DNA of 64,000 bases, taken from Methanobacteriota archaeon (GTDB lineage: Archaea > Thermoplasmatota > DTKX01 > VGTL01). Below are positions 29,215 through 38,748 of the stretch, one piece after another. Where the stretch lies: NCBI GenBank assembly GCA_016874675.1, contig VGTL01000002.1:9021-73020 (forward strand), given 5' to 3'. The first letter of the stretch is position 1. Every line of letters starts with the position of its first letter. The notes under the pieces are model-generated. The model was not told the origin of the DNA, did not search any database, and saw only the letters and a list, made by a program, of their open reading frames with translations. The translations under genes were made by a program, and so were the position numbers.

Positions 29215-29275
29215 AAGGCAGGAAGGGAGAAAGGCAGCAAGGCAGCAAGGGGCGGTGGCGCAGGGCGCAAGCGAC
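29215..29275 (+). repeat. purine-rich heptad array adjacent to L3 operon promoter
   Basis: aagaaggcaggaagggagaaaggcagcaaggcagcaaggggcggtggcgcagggcgcaagcg, including the shared 21-mer at 29217..29237. Confidence 0.8.
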
Positions 29276-29415
29276 CATAATAATGGTCATGACCACAGAG
29301 CCGAAATATACAACGTCCGACCGGATACGATTCCGGTGAAGAAAATGTCCATCAGCCCGATCCCAATCCCGTCCCACCGAACAAGTTTTATACCCGACGC
29401 ACGAATGAAGACCCG

Positions 29416-29733
29416 ATGCCCCGAAGGGGTCGTCCCATGCTGAGCCCCGGCGGTCAGCCCGCCTGGGCCGCACGCCTGCTTCAAGAAGTCGACCTCGGCG
29501 AGATAGCGGGCGACATAGAGCGCTTCGGGCGCGATGACCGCTGGCTCCGGGAGAAATTGGGCCTTTTGCGGAAGGATTTCCCGGGAATGTTCATCGCCGT
29601 CCATGAGAGGAGGGTGGTCGCCTCCGGGAGGACCCTGCTGGAGGTCCGGCGGAAACTGGTCTCAGCCGGAATGGACCCCCGAAGGTGCGTCATCAGGCTC
29701 GTCCTGGCCGTAGAGCCCGACTGGATGTTGTAG
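29416..29733 (+). CDS. hypothetical small protein (upstream partner of retropepsin-like gene)
   Basis: 105-aa ORF (alternative ATG at 29437). TATA-like ttttata at 29384..29391 and hairpin ccccgaagggg just upstream. 13-nt gap to the next gene. Confidence 0.5.
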   Translation: MPRRGRPMLSPGGQPAWAARLLQEVDLGEIAGDIERFGRDDRWLREKLGLLRKDFPGMFIAVHERRVVASGRTLLEVRRKLVSAGMDPRRCVIRLVLAVEPDWML

Positions 29734-29746
29734 GGGGAGCGGCCGC

Positions 29747-30196
29747 ATGGACATCCCGCTCCTTTTCGACGAGGCAGGGAAGCTGTTCCTTTACGCGCAG
29801 GTATTCAGCCCGGGAATCCCCCGGCCGAAACCGCTCAGGATGCACCTCGACACCGGGGCAAGCTCGACGACCCTTTCCCTCAAGGACGCCGAGGAGCTCG
29901 GCGTGGATGCCGGGAGCCTTCGCCCGAGCGGAAGAACGAACTACGGCTACGGCGGCAGGATGGATGTGCGAAGGCTCCCGGAGGCGTGCCTGGTCTTTCT
30001 CACCGTGGACAGGACCGCGTTCACCGTGCCGTTGGACAGTGTCCAGGTCAACTGCACATTCTCCGCGGTCAGGGGAAAAGGCAAGGACCTGGTGGTCTAC
30101 GGGATGCCGTCCGTTCTCGGCGTGGACCTCCTTCTCAAAGCCGGCATGGGCCTGAGCGCGAGCTGGAAGGACAGGACGGCGCGTCTTTCGGCCTGA
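29747..30196 (+). CDS. retropepsin-like (clan AA) aspartic protease
   Basis: Active-site motif HLDTGASSTTLS (D-T-G-A) in the N-terminal third, second hydrophobic flap-like segment (LVVYGMPSVLGVDLL). 149 aa, about right for a single-lobe retropepsin-like fold that dimerises. Confidence 0.7.
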   Translation: MDIPLLFDEAGKLFLYAQVFSPGIPRPKPLRMHLDTGASSTTLSLKDAEELGVDAGSLRPSGRTNYGYGGRMDVRRLPEACLVFLTVDRTAFTVPLDSVQVNCTFSAVRGKGKDLVVYGMPSVLGVDLLLKAGMGLSASWKDRTARLSA

Positions 30197-30289
30197 GCGC
30201 TCCGGCGCGGGGCGGTCGGCGTTCAGAGCCCAGGCACCGGAACGGGCACCCCGTCTATGACCCGGAGTGCGTCCCAGACGCCCGTATGT

Positions 30290-30515
30290 CCCCTGCACCC
30301 TGCACCCTGAGTTTCCCTTGCGCCTTGCGCCTTCCTAACCCCGCACTGAAGTGCGGGGCTTCAACGCTTTCCTATGTTGACCGACCCCGGACTCAAGTCC
30401 GGGGTATCTAGCTTTCAACCTTGCGCCTTGCGCCTTGCGCCCTGCGCCTTCCCATCGCGCCTTGCGCCGTCGTCCCCTGCTCCCTTGCTGCCTTGCTGCC
30501 TTGCTCCCTTGCTCC
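30290..30515 (+). repeat. composite repeat module between convergent genes: heptad arrays + two near-identical GC hairpins + atctagctttca box
   Basis: cccctgcaccctgcaccctg...cccttgcgccttgcgcc; hairpin ccccgcac-tgaa-gtgcgggg (30339..30358); hairpin ccccggac-tcaa-gtccgggg (30385..30404); atctagctttca (30406..30417); then accttgcgccttgcgccttgcgccctgcgcc...cccttgctgccttgctgccttgctccc. Confidence 0.85.
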
Positions 30516-30521
30516 CCTCGT

Positions 30522-30992
30522 CTATTCCTTCACCATATACACTTTCTTCATCCTGTCGCCCATCTGTATCCGGTCGACGACCTCGATGCCCTCGAGGACC
30601 TGGCCGAAGACGGTGTGCTTGCCGTCGAGGTGCGGCGTCGGGACGTGGCAGATGAAGAACTGGCACGAGCCGGTGTCGCGCCCCTTGTGGGCCATGGACA
30701 GCGAGCCGCGCTGGTGGCGCCGGCGGTTGTGGTCCACCTCGCACTTTATCGTGTAGCCGGCGTCGCCCGTGCCGTTGCCCTTGGGGTCCCCGCCCTGGAT
30801 CATGAAGCCCGGGATGACGCGGTGGAACTTGATACCGTTGTAGAAGCCCTTCTTGACGAGCTTCAGGAAGTTGTCCACCGTGCCGGGAGCGTCGTTCTTG
30901 TAGAGCTCCAAAACGATCTTGCCCTTGTCCGTCTCCATCGCCACCACTGGAAGGTTCCCCTCTGCCGGCATCATGACCACCTTCGAGCCCAT
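30522..30992 (-). CDS. peptidyl-prolyl cis-trans isomerase, cyclophilin type
   Basis: [25 protein letters not shown] and [20 protein letters not shown] are cyclophilin signatures. True start probably internal (MPAEG.. or METDKG..). Confidence 0.88.
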   Translation of the reverse strand: MGSKVVMMPAEGNLPVVAMETDKGKIVLELYKNDAPGTVDNFLKLVKKGFYNGIKFHRVIPGFMIQGGDPKGNGTGDAGYTIKCEVDHNRRRHQRGSLSMAHKGRDTGSCQFFICHVPTPHLDGKHTVFGQVLEGIEVVDRIQMGDRMKKVYMVKE

Positions 30993-31099
30993 CGGCTGGC
31001 GGGTATATAACGGTGGCGGAGCGCTCCCGCGGCCCGCCCGTCACGGCGGGGCCGCGCGGCCGCGCGCCGGTCCCCAGCCACGCCCCGTCCGCCGGCCGC

Positions 31100-33628
31100 T
31101 CACCACTTGAGCACGGGCTGCTCGAGCTTCGCCGGTGCCGCCGGTTCCTTCTTCCGGCCCCGGGCCATCAATGCGATCGCGATGGACACCACCACCCCGG
31201 CCGCTATCCCGCCGACGATGTACAGGCCGTAGTCGGCCGCCGCCGCGCCCGGCTCGACCACCTCGAAGTCCAGCGTCTGCTGGACCACGGCCGTCCCGTC
31301 CGACACGGCGAGCTGGAGGCGGTGCTTGCCGACAGGGAGGCCCGAAAGCGTGAGGGAGGCGTTGGTGCCGATGAGCCGCCCGTCCTCGGTCCAGCAGTAG
31401 ACGAGCTCGTCGCCGTCGGCGTCCATGACCTCGGCGAAGACCGAAACGATCTTGCCCCGGGCGAATTTCTGGCCCTTCTCCGGCGATAGCGAAAGAATCG
31501 TCGGCTTGGCGTTGACCTTGACCGAGACGCTGATGGTGGCCGAACGGACGGACGCGGTCCCGTCGGAGACCTCGAGCGTTATCTTGTGCTCGCCGACCGG
31601 AAGCCGGATGCTCAGGTTGCGGCCCGTGCCGAGCTCCATGAGCCCCTCGTACCAGAAGAAGGTCAGGAGGTCGCCGTCCGGGTCGGAGGAATCGCCCTCC
31701 AGCGTTATCGGGAGGCCCTCCTTGAAAGAGGCGCCCGGCCGGGGCGACACTATCGTGGCCTTGGGGGGCGGCCGGTTGACGTTCTCCACGGTCACCTCCC
31801 AGCTCAGGGAGGTCGAAAGCTCGCCGTCGCTTGCGACCACCTTCACCTTGTGGACGCCGGCCGAGCCGTAGTCCGTCTGGAGCTTGTATCCCGTCACGCC
31901 GGTGGCGACCTGGACGTCGTCGAGCAACCAGGCGTAGGTCACGCCCGCGCCGCTCTCCGGGTCGGAGACGGCCACCGAGAAGTCCAGGCCGTCGTTCTCC
32001 CGGAGCGTGACGTTCCCCGGCGGGCTGTACGAGGTTATCCGGGGCGGGTCGTTGACCGGGACGACCGTGACGTTCACCGTCACCGGCCCGCTGGCGAGCC
32101 CCTTGTCGTCCCGGGCCCGGATGGTCACCCTCTCGGTGAAGCCGGAGGCGTCCGGCCGCGGGGTGAAGGTGGCGTTCTGGAGCTCGAACGCCACGGCCAG
32201 CTGCTCGTTCCCGGAGGCCTCGAAGGTCATCGGGTCCCCGTCGGGGTCCCAGAACACCGGGCCCAAAAAGACCGTGACGCTCTCGTCCTCGCGGACGGAG
32301 GTGTCGGGCGGGCCGGACCTGGCCTGCGGGGCCTGGTTGACGTGGTACACCACCACGCGCGCCTCCGCCGTGGCCGAAAGCTCGGTCCGGTCGGTCGCCG
32401 TGAAGGAAAGCTCGAGCTCGCCCCAGAAATCGATCGGGGCGACGACCGTCACGAGGCCGCCGGCCGCGATGGAGACCTGGAGCCGGCCGGTGCCCTCCCA
32501 GGAGTAGGCTAGCGCGTCCGTCCCGCCGTGGAGCGTGTCGTTGTCGAAGAAATGGGCCGAGAGGTTCAGGGAGGAGTTCGCCCCCGCCTGGGGCACGTTG
32601 ATGTCGGGGATGGGCTCAAGCAGGCACGGCGCGTCCGGGACCGGCGTCACCGTAACGCGTATCTGCGCCTTTATAAAGAGGCCGAAGCGGTCCGTGGCCT
32701 TGATGTTGGCGAACTCCGCGCCGTTCCAGTTGGCAATGCCCCAGACCTCGAGGTCGTTTCGGGTCTCGTTGAACGCGCCCTTGATGTGGGCCGAGTCCGT
32801 GACCTCGAAGACCAGCTCATCCCCGTCGGGATCGGAAAGGTGGGTGGATATGTCCAGCCCGAGGCGCTCGTCCTCCCTGACGGACACCGGAGTGAACGGG
32901 TCCGTAATGGCGGGCGGGCGGTTGGGGGCGCCGACGCGGAAGTAGTCGAAGTCGGTGGCGAAGTCGGCGTTGGCGTTGCCGTCGGCGATAATGAGGCCGA
33001 TGCTCAGAGGATCGTTCAATGACACCGAGCCGCTCCACACGAACGTCCAGCCGGTGCCGTTCGTGGAGTAGTAGCTCGTGAAGGTCTGGCCGTCGCGCTC
33101 CAGGCGCAGCCAGACGGGGCTTGCCGAGACGTCCACGATGTTGTCGTTGGCGCTGCCCCCTATCTTGGTGGTGAGCTCGACCTTCTTTCCGCTCTGGGCC
33201 TGGTAGAACAGGCCGACCCAGTTGCTGGCGTTGTACCGGACCATTATCCCCGATTTTTCGAAGTTGGCGGCCGGGTCGGAGGAGAGCTTGGTCTCGATGG
33301 AGAAGTTGCCCGAGGCGTTCTGGTAGAGCAGGGCGCCGCTGTCGGAGCTTTGGCCGAAGTTGGTGTTCCGCCGGGCGACCAGGTGCAGGTGGCCGGCGGT
33401 GGTGACGCCCATGTCGTAGGAGGCGGGGGAGTTGTACCAGCTCCATTTCGGGTCCAGCACGGGCCCGTCGAACTCGTCGGAGAGGTCCTCCCGGGCGGCA
33501 GCGCGCGGGCACTCCATCCCGGTCTCCGGCGACGCGGCCGGGAAGAGCGAGACCGGGCCAAGGAGCAGGCTGAACATAAGGAATGCTGCGGCTTTCCTCG
33601 ACAAGGACCTTCCCCCGTCCCTGAACAT
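31100..33628 (-). CDS. large secreted surface protein: signal peptide, LamG/jelly-roll-like N-domain, multiple cadherin-like repeats, C-terminal TM anchor
   Basis: Start chosen at ATG 33628 (MFRDGGRSLSRKAAAFLMFSLLLGPVSLFPAAS is a signal peptide). The ORF track extension to 33919 runs through the intergenic repeat. Repeated motifs VTVVPVNDPP, VENVNRPP, VYHVNQAP and DPDGD pairs are typical of cadherin-like domains. Many N-x-S/T sequons. C-terminal YGLYIVGGIAAGVVVSIAIALMARGRKKE anchor. Confidence 0.75.
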   Translation of the reverse strand: MFRDGGRSLSRKAAAFLMFSLLLGPVSLFPAASPETGMECPRAAAREDLSDEFDGPVLDPKWSWYNSPASYDMGVTTAGHLHLVARRNTNFGQSSDSGALLYQNASGNFSIETKLSSDPAANFEKSGIMVRYNASNWVGLFYQAQSGKKVELTTKIGGSANDNIVDVSASPVWLRLERDGQTFTSYYSTNGTGWTFVWSGSVSLNDPLSIGLIIADGNANADFATDFDYFRVGAPNRPPAITDPFTPVSVREDERLGLDISTHLSDPDGDELVFEVTDSAHIKGAFNETRNDLEVWGIANWNGAEFANIKATDRFGLFIKAQIRVTVTPVPDAPCLLEPIPDINVPQAGANSSLNLSAHFFDNDTLHGGTDALAYSWEGTGRLQVSIAAGGLVTVVAPIDFWGELELSFTATDRTELSATAEARVVVYHVNQAPQARSGPPDTSVREDESVTVFLGPVFWDPDGDPMTFEASGNEQLAVAFELQNATFTPRPDASGFTERVTIRARDDKGLASGPVTVNVTVVPVNDPPRITSYSPPGNVTLRENDGLDFSVAVSDPESGAGVTYAWLLDDVQVATGVTGYKLQTDYGSAGVHKVKVVASDGELSTSLSWEVTVENVNRPPPKATIVSPRPGASFKEGLPITLEGDSSDPDGDLLTFFWYEGLMELGTGRNLSIRLPVGEHKITLEVSDGTASVRSATISVSVKVNAKPTILSLSPEKGQKFARGKIVSVFAEVMDADGDELVYCWTEDGRLIGTNASLTLSGLPVGKHRLQLAVSDGTAVVQQTLDFEVVEPGAAAADYGLYIVGGIAAGVVVSIAIALMARGRKKEPAAPAKLEQPVLKW

Positions 33629-33671
33629 GCGCGCGCGAGTATAATAAGATGTCGCAATGAAAGGTGGGAAG

Positions 33672-33850
33672 AAGAAGGCACAGGGCGCAAGGCGCAGGGC
33701 GCAGGGCTTGAGGGTAAAGGCGCAAGGGGCAAGGGGCAAGGTGAAGAACCCTTTCCTCCCTTGCGCCTTCACCCTTGCGCCTTTACCCTCAAGCCCTGCG
33801 CCCTGCGCCTTGCGCCTTGCGCCTTCCCTTGCGCCCTGCGCCTTGCGCCC
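33672..33850 (+). repeat. heptad-array hairpin repeat in divergent promoter region (surface protein / thrS)
   Basis: ggcacagggcgcaaggcgcagggcgcagggcttgagggtaaaggcgcaaggggcaaggggcaaggtg; short spacer; complementary ccttgcgccttcacccttgcgcctttaccctcaagccctgcgccctgcgccttgcgccttgcgcc. A long near-perfect palindrome. Confidence 0.85.
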
Positions 33851-33902
33851 CGTTCTCGGGAAACCTTTATCTTGGCCCGTCCGTCTAGGGGGCCCGATAG
33901 CG

Positions 33903-35747
33903 ATGCGGCTGCTCCTCATCCACTCGGACTACATGCGCTACGAGACCAAGGACAAGGCCATGAAGGCCGCCGAGGACATCCCGGGGGGGCACAAGAAGGG
34001 CTCCATGGACGAGGTCCTCGTGGCCTTCGCCTCCGTGGAGGAGAGGGACACGGCCGACCACAAGGCTGCGGCGGCCGTCACCGCCGCCTCCGTGAAGGAG
34101 GTGCTCGCGCAGGTCCGGGCCGACAAGGTGATGCTCTACCCCTACGCCCACCTCTCCCCGTCCCTGGCGGACCCGGCCTCCGCGATGGCCGTGCTCGTCG
34201 AGACCGAGAAGCTGCTCCGGGCCGACGGGATCAACGTCGAGCGCTCGCCCTTCGGGTGGTACAAGGCCTTCCAGCTGTCGTGCAAGGGCCACCCGCTCTC
34301 CGAGCTCTCGCGCGAGGTGGCCGCCGGGGAGGAGAAGGTGACCCGCGAAGAGGTGGTCAAGGGCATCAAGAAACAGTTCGTCGTGCTCACCCCCGAGGGC
34401 AAGGAGTACCCGCTGGAGATGGAGAAGGCCGAATCCGACCCGAATCTGGAAAAGCACCCGTCCCTGCGCAGCTTCATCCTGACGGAGGAGGCACGGACGA
34501 GAAAGACAGAAGAGCCCCCGTCCGTCAAGGCGATGCAGAGGCTGGAGCTCGTCGACTACGAGGAGGCCAGCGACAGCGGGCACTTCCGGCTCTACCCCAA
34601 GGGCCATTTGGTTTTCCACCTGCTCCAGGAATGGGCCCGGCAGCTCGCCCTCGAGCGCCTGAACGCGATACAGATCGACACGCCCATCCTGTACGACTGG
34701 ACGCTCCCCGACATCCAGGCGCAGGGCAGGTCGTTCCACGAGAGGCACTACGTCATCAAGACCGACGAGAAGAGGCAGTTCGTGCTGCGCTTCGCCGGCG
34801 ACTTCGGCCTCTTCCGGATGATGGCCCAGTCCACGCTGAGCTACCGCCACCTGCCCATCAAGGTCTACGAGTTCTCCAAAAGCTTCCGCCTGGAGCAGCG
34901 CGGGGAGCTCACCGGGCTCAAGCGCCTCCGGGCCTTCCACATGCCCGACATCCACTACTTCACGAAGGACCTCGACCAGGGCTGGGACGTGTTCATGGAG
35001 CTCTTCCAGGGATACACGGAGTACCACCGCGCGATAGGCGCCGAGTACGCCATCGCCTTCCGCATCGTGGACGAGTTCTACGGGAAGTACAAGGACCGGC
35101 TGGTGGGGCTCCTGAAATACGCCGGCAAGCCGGCCCTCATCGAGATACTCTCCCAGCGCAAGCACTACTGGGTCGTCAAGTACGAGTCGCAGGCCCTGGA
35201 CGCGCAGGGCGGGGCGGTCCAGCTCAACACCGTCCAGCTCGATGTGGAGGACGCCGAGCGCTACGGCATCCTCTACACGGACAGCGACGGCCAGAAGAAA
35301 CCGTGCATCATCGGCCACTGCTCCGTCGGCTCCCTGGAGCGGTGGATATACACGCTGCTCGAGAACGCCCTCAAGATGCCGAAACCGGAGTTGCCGTACT
35401 GGCTGTCCCCGACGCAGGTGCGCCTGCTCCCGGTCGCGGGCGAGCACGTCCAGGACTGCGAGGCGCTGGCGCGGAAGCTCCACGCCCGCGTCGACATCGA
35501 CGACCGCGACGAGAAGGTCGGGCGCAAGATAAGGGACGCGGAGAAGGAGTGGATAAACCTCATCATCGTCGTCGGCGAAAAGGAGAAGGCGAGCGGCAAG
35601 TTCCCCGTCCGTTTCCGGACGGGCGAGGTGAGGGAGTTCACGGTCGACGAGCTGAGGGCGGAGATCGCGCGGCTCCAGGGCGAATACCCGTACGACAACC
35701 TTCCGCTGCCGGTCCTGATGAGCAGGAGGCCGATTTTCAGGGGCTGA
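33903..35747 (+). CDS. thrS: threonyl-tRNA synthetase, archaeal type (N-terminal archaea-specific editing domain)
   Basis: Start ATG 33903 (MRLLLIHSDYMRYETKDKA is the archaeal ThrRS editing-domain start). Class II catalytic motifs (FRLEQRGELTGLKRLRAFHMPD ... GHCSVGSLERWIY) and C-terminal anticodon-binding domain. The ORF track N-terminal extension is repeat sequence. Confidence 0.9.
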   Translation: MRLLLIHSDYMRYETKDKAMKAAEDIPGGHKKGSMDEVLVAFASVEERDTADHKAAAAVTAASVKEVLAQVRADKVMLYPYAHLSPSLADPASAMAVLVETEKLLRADGINVERSPFGWYKAFQLSCKGHPLSELSREVAAGEEKVTREEVVKGIKKQFVVLTPEGKEYPLEMEKAESDPNLEKHPSLRSFILTEEARTRKTEEPPSVKAMQRLELVDYEEASDSGHFRLYPKGHLVFHLLQEWARQLALERLNAIQIDTPILYDWTLPDIQAQGRSFHERHYVIKTDEKRQFVLRFAGDFGLFRMMAQSTLSYRHLPIKVYEFSKSFRLEQRGELTGLKRLRAFHMPDIHYFTKDLDQGWDVFMELFQGYTEYHRAIGAEYAIAFRIVDEFYGKYKDRLVGLLKYAGKPALIEILSQRKHYWVVKYESQALDAQGGAVQLNTVQLDVEDAERYGILYTDSDGQKKPCIIGHCSVGSLERWIYTLLENALKMPKPELPYWLSPTQVRLLPVAGEHVQDCEALARKLHARVDIDDRDEKVGRKIRDAEKEWINLIIVVGEKEKASGKFPVRFRTGEVREFTVDELRAEIARLQGEYPYDNLPLPVLMSRRPIFRG

Positions 35748-35750
35748 GAA

Positions 35751-38690
35751 TCAGACGATCCCGGGGCGCCCCCCCTTGCGGCGGACCATCCAGGCCCCGA
35801 TAGCCGCCACACCACATATGACCGCGGCCAATACCCAGGGCCAACAGGCCGGCCCGGTCGTGGGGGCCGGTGCCCTCGGAAGGACCGTCACGGTCCAGTT
35901 GCGAGAAATTTCGAACTCGCCGTCGCTGACTACGACCTTTATGTTCCTGGCCCCGGACCCGCCCTTTGCCACGAATGCAAAGTTCCCGGATTCGGCGGCC
36001 TTCTGACCGTCCACGAACCAGGAATATTGAAGATCGTCATCTTCAAAATCCTCGGCCTTTGCCCAGAAGTGGATGCGCTCGTTTGGATAGGCCGTGTTGT
36101 TCCAATAGACGGGGGACCACTCCCGAAGTACGGGGGGCGTGTTGAAGTTCATCACCGAGAGATTCCAGCAAAAGCTCGTCTCGACCTTTCCGAAATAAAA
36201 ATAGCCCACGACGACCTTCACGGTGTAACGGCCGCTGGAGCTCCAGTTCGTGGAGAATAAAAGGCTGGAGATGGGGCCGTCGTCATATCGTTCTTTATAC
36301 AAAGAGAATTTCCCGCAGGGCCATTCCGTCTCGTTTTCCGCAATCCCGATGCCGTTGACCGTCCACTGGAAGTCCGCCTCGAGCGGGCGCGCCCAGAGGA
36401 CCTGCGAGACGAACTCCACTTGCGCGCTCTCGGTCGCGGCAATGTCCTGCGGGGGGGAGAACGCGACCTTGGGCATTGGATTGTCGACCAGGACCCGTAC
36501 CGATGCCATGGATTCGACCCAGCCGTTCGTTGCGGCCGCGCTGATGTTGTACCAGCCGTTGGGAACCGCCGTCGTGTCCCAGCTCCGGCGCCAGCTGCCG
36601 TCGGAGAACAGGAGCAGTTCCAAGGCAGGGCTGTCACCGAGCGCAAGGCGCAGGACCGGCTCGCCCCACACGCTAACGACCCGCCCGGCGATCTCGAACG
36701 TGCCGTTCACTCTGGAGCCGTCGGCCGGGGACAGGATCTCCACCGAGAACACTGCTGGCGCCACCGTGATCGTCCTCTTTAGCGAATTGTTGGAAAGCTC
36801 CAGCTCGTAAGGGTCGGTCCCGTCCATGGCGGCGACAACGGAATAGCTGCCCGGGAGCCCGGCCGTCCATTCCGTCGAGCAGTTGGCCCGCTCTCCCGGC
36901 CCGAGGCGGGCCGCAGCACCCTCCAAGACCGAGCCGTTCAGCTCGATGCACCAGCTGAAATCGCCTGCGGTCTCGCCGGAGTTGAGGACGCGGGCGGAGA
37001 TGTTGACCCGGTCGCCGACCGCCGGCGAGGGCGGGTCCCAGACGATGTCCTCGACAGAGATGTCGGGCCTTCCGTAGACATACAGCGAGGCGTTCATCTC
37101 GTTGTTGGTAAGGTTCAGCTCGGCGAGCCCCGACACGATTCGGGCCGTGAAGTTGTGCAGGCCCCCCGTGGCGGTCCAGTTAAAGTTCACAGTGTCCATT
37201 TTAAATACCGATCCGTGGCTGGATCCTGCCAATGCTCCATCGACGAACAGTTCAACATCGAAATCCATCGGATAGGTCGCCGGCGGGTAGCTGCTGAAGT
37301 ATTCAACCTCTACCCGTATCGTGATATTATCCTTCTCGAGCGGGCCTTGGTCCGAAAATCCAATCCAGGCGGTTCTTAGATCAGCAGTGTAAGGTCCGAG
37401 GATGTCAAGGTAGATGTTCATGCCGCCGGGAGGGTCCTCCCATGCCAGCCGGTCGTCCGAGTAGGCGACATGGGCATAGCTTCCGGACTGGTCCGGGAGA
37501 GTTACTTGGGCGGAGAAAGGCGGCCCGACACCGGAGTATCCCTTGTCGACGAGGTCCATACCCTCGACGGTCTGGAAATGCAGCTGTCTCGTGCCTTCTT
37601 CGTCGGTCATTCCCATTATGATATCATACGGGAAGGTATGGCCGCCCTGGCGTTCGATGTGGCCATACCCGAAGAGGTGGTTCAAACCCCTGGCATCCGA
37701 TTCTGCGACAAATGGATATCGCAAATCATAATTGAATATCTGGCCCTGTCCCTGCCCTTGGTGCAGAAATACGGTCCTGGCGGTCCCGTTTAGGGAAATG
37801 CTGCACATATGGATATCCCACTCGTTCCAGAAGATGTTGGCACCGGGACTATTACGCTTCGCAACTATGGTGAAATGAAATATGCTGAAATTGATTCCCC
37901 GTATCTGGTCTATCCTGCATGTCTCGGTACCGTTCTGGTCAAGCCTGCTATACGTGAGGTTTCCGGTCTCGTTGCGCCAGACCAGGTGGACATTGTCCCA
38001 CGCGTCCACCGCCACCCCCACCTCCGTCTCGTTTTTCGCCAAAAACTTCGAAAAGAGCCTCGCCCCGGTCGAATTGGTCTTGACATACCAGACATACGGC
38101 TCGCCGTACCACTCCGAGTTCCCGGCGTAGGCGAAATGCATGTTCCCCTTCGAGTCGAAGGCGTAGAGCGGGTTCCCGTAATACAAGCGGTCGATGGCAT
38201 ATATCGGGAGCCAGCATTCCCTCCTCGTCTTGAGGTCCGGCGAGAACCGGAGCATCCGAAGATTCTCGTCGTGGTCGGTCTGCCCGCTGGGATGGTTCTC
38301 GGTGCTGTTCCAGAACAGCACCAGAGAGCCGTTGTTGTGGTCCAGCCGCGGGGAATAGGGCCGGCCGGAGACATAGACCGGCGGCTGCGGGTCGTAGTAG
38401 TTCACGAGCACCGTGTCGTTGACGGTGACCTCGCCCGAAGGCGCAAATGACTTGTACCGTATGCTCGTTTTGTCCGTGCCGTCCTGCCACGCCAGATGGA
38501 TGTTCCCCGAGCCGTCGACAAGAATCGACGGGTCCCACGACGAGTTCGCCGAGTTGGTGAGCTGGACCGGGCCGGACCGGGTCGAGCGCGCCGACGGCGC
38601 TGCAGCGCCCGAATCGGGAGGCTCCGGCAGGGCAGGCGGCGCGACGGATAGAAGGACTATCAGAATGGGCAGCAGGCGGGTCCGGGGCAC
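35751..38690 (-). CDS. very large secreted surface protein with CARDB-like and Ig/Fn3-like domains, C-terminal TM anchor (S-layer/adhesin candidate)
   Basis: GTG start with signal peptide MPRTRLLPILIVLLSVAPPALP. CARDB-like segment (ISVEDIVWDPPSPAVGDRVNISARVLNSGETAGDFSWCIELNGSV). Dozens of N-x-S/T sequons. C-terminal CWPWVLAAVICGVAAIGAWMVRRKGGRP anchor. Confidence 0.7.
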   Translation of the reverse strand: MPRTRLLPILIVLLSVAPPALPEPPDSGAAAPSARSTRSGPVQLTNSANSSWDPSILVDGSGNIHLAWQDGTDKTSIRYKSFAPSGEVTVNDTVLVNYYDPQPPVYVSGRPYSPRLDHNNGSLVLFWNSTENHPSGQTDHDENLRMLRFSPDLKTRRECWLPIYAIDRLYYGNPLYAFDSKGNMHFAYAGNSEWYGEPYVWYVKTNSTGARLFSKFLAKNETEVGVAVDAWDNVHLVWRNETGNLTYSRLDQNGTETCRIDQIRGINFSIFHFTIVAKRNSPGANIFWNEWDIHMCSISLNGTARTVFLHQGQGQGQIFNYDLRYPFVAESDARGLNHLFGYGHIERQGGHTFPYDIIMGMTDEEGTRQLHFQTVEGMDLVDKGYSGVGPPFSAQVTLPDQSGSYAHVAYSDDRLAWEDPPGGMNIYLDILGPYTADLRTAWIGFSDQGPLEKDNITIRVEVEYFSSYPPATYPMDFDVELFVDGALAGSSHGSVFKMDTVNFNWTATGGLHNFTARIVSGLAELNLTNNEMNASLYVYGRPDISVEDIVWDPPSPAVGDRVNISARVLNSGETAGDFSWCIELNGSVLEGAAARLGPGERANCSTEWTAGLPGSYSVVAAMDGTDPYELELSNNSLKRTITVAPAVFSVEILSPADGSRVNGTFEIAGRVVSVWGEPVLRLALGDSPALELLLFSDGSWRRSWDTTAVPNGWYNISAAATNGWVESMASVRVLVDNPMPKVAFSPPQDIAATESAQVEFVSQVLWARPLEADFQWTVNGIGIAENETEWPCGKFSLYKERYDDGPISSLLFSTNWSSSGRYTVKVVVGYFYFGKVETSFCWNLSVMNFNTPPVLREWSPVYWNNTAYPNERIHFWAKAEDFEDDDLQYSWFVDGQKAAESGNFAFVAKGGSGARNIKVVVSDGEFEISRNWTVTVLPRAPAPTTGPACWPWVLAAVICGVAAIGAWMVRRKGGRPGIV

Positions 38691-38710
38691 GAATCAATAC
38701 TCGAATTGCC

Positions 38711-38719
38711 AATATTTAG
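38711..38719 (-). promoter_or_regulatory. TATA box (TAAATATT on minus strand) for the CARDB surface-protein gene
   Basis: AT-rich aatatttag ~21-29 nt upstream of the GTG start at 38690. Implies a leaderless mRNA. Confidence 0.35.
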
Positions 38720-38748
38720 ACTTTGTCAGTCTGCAGTCGAATGGTATG

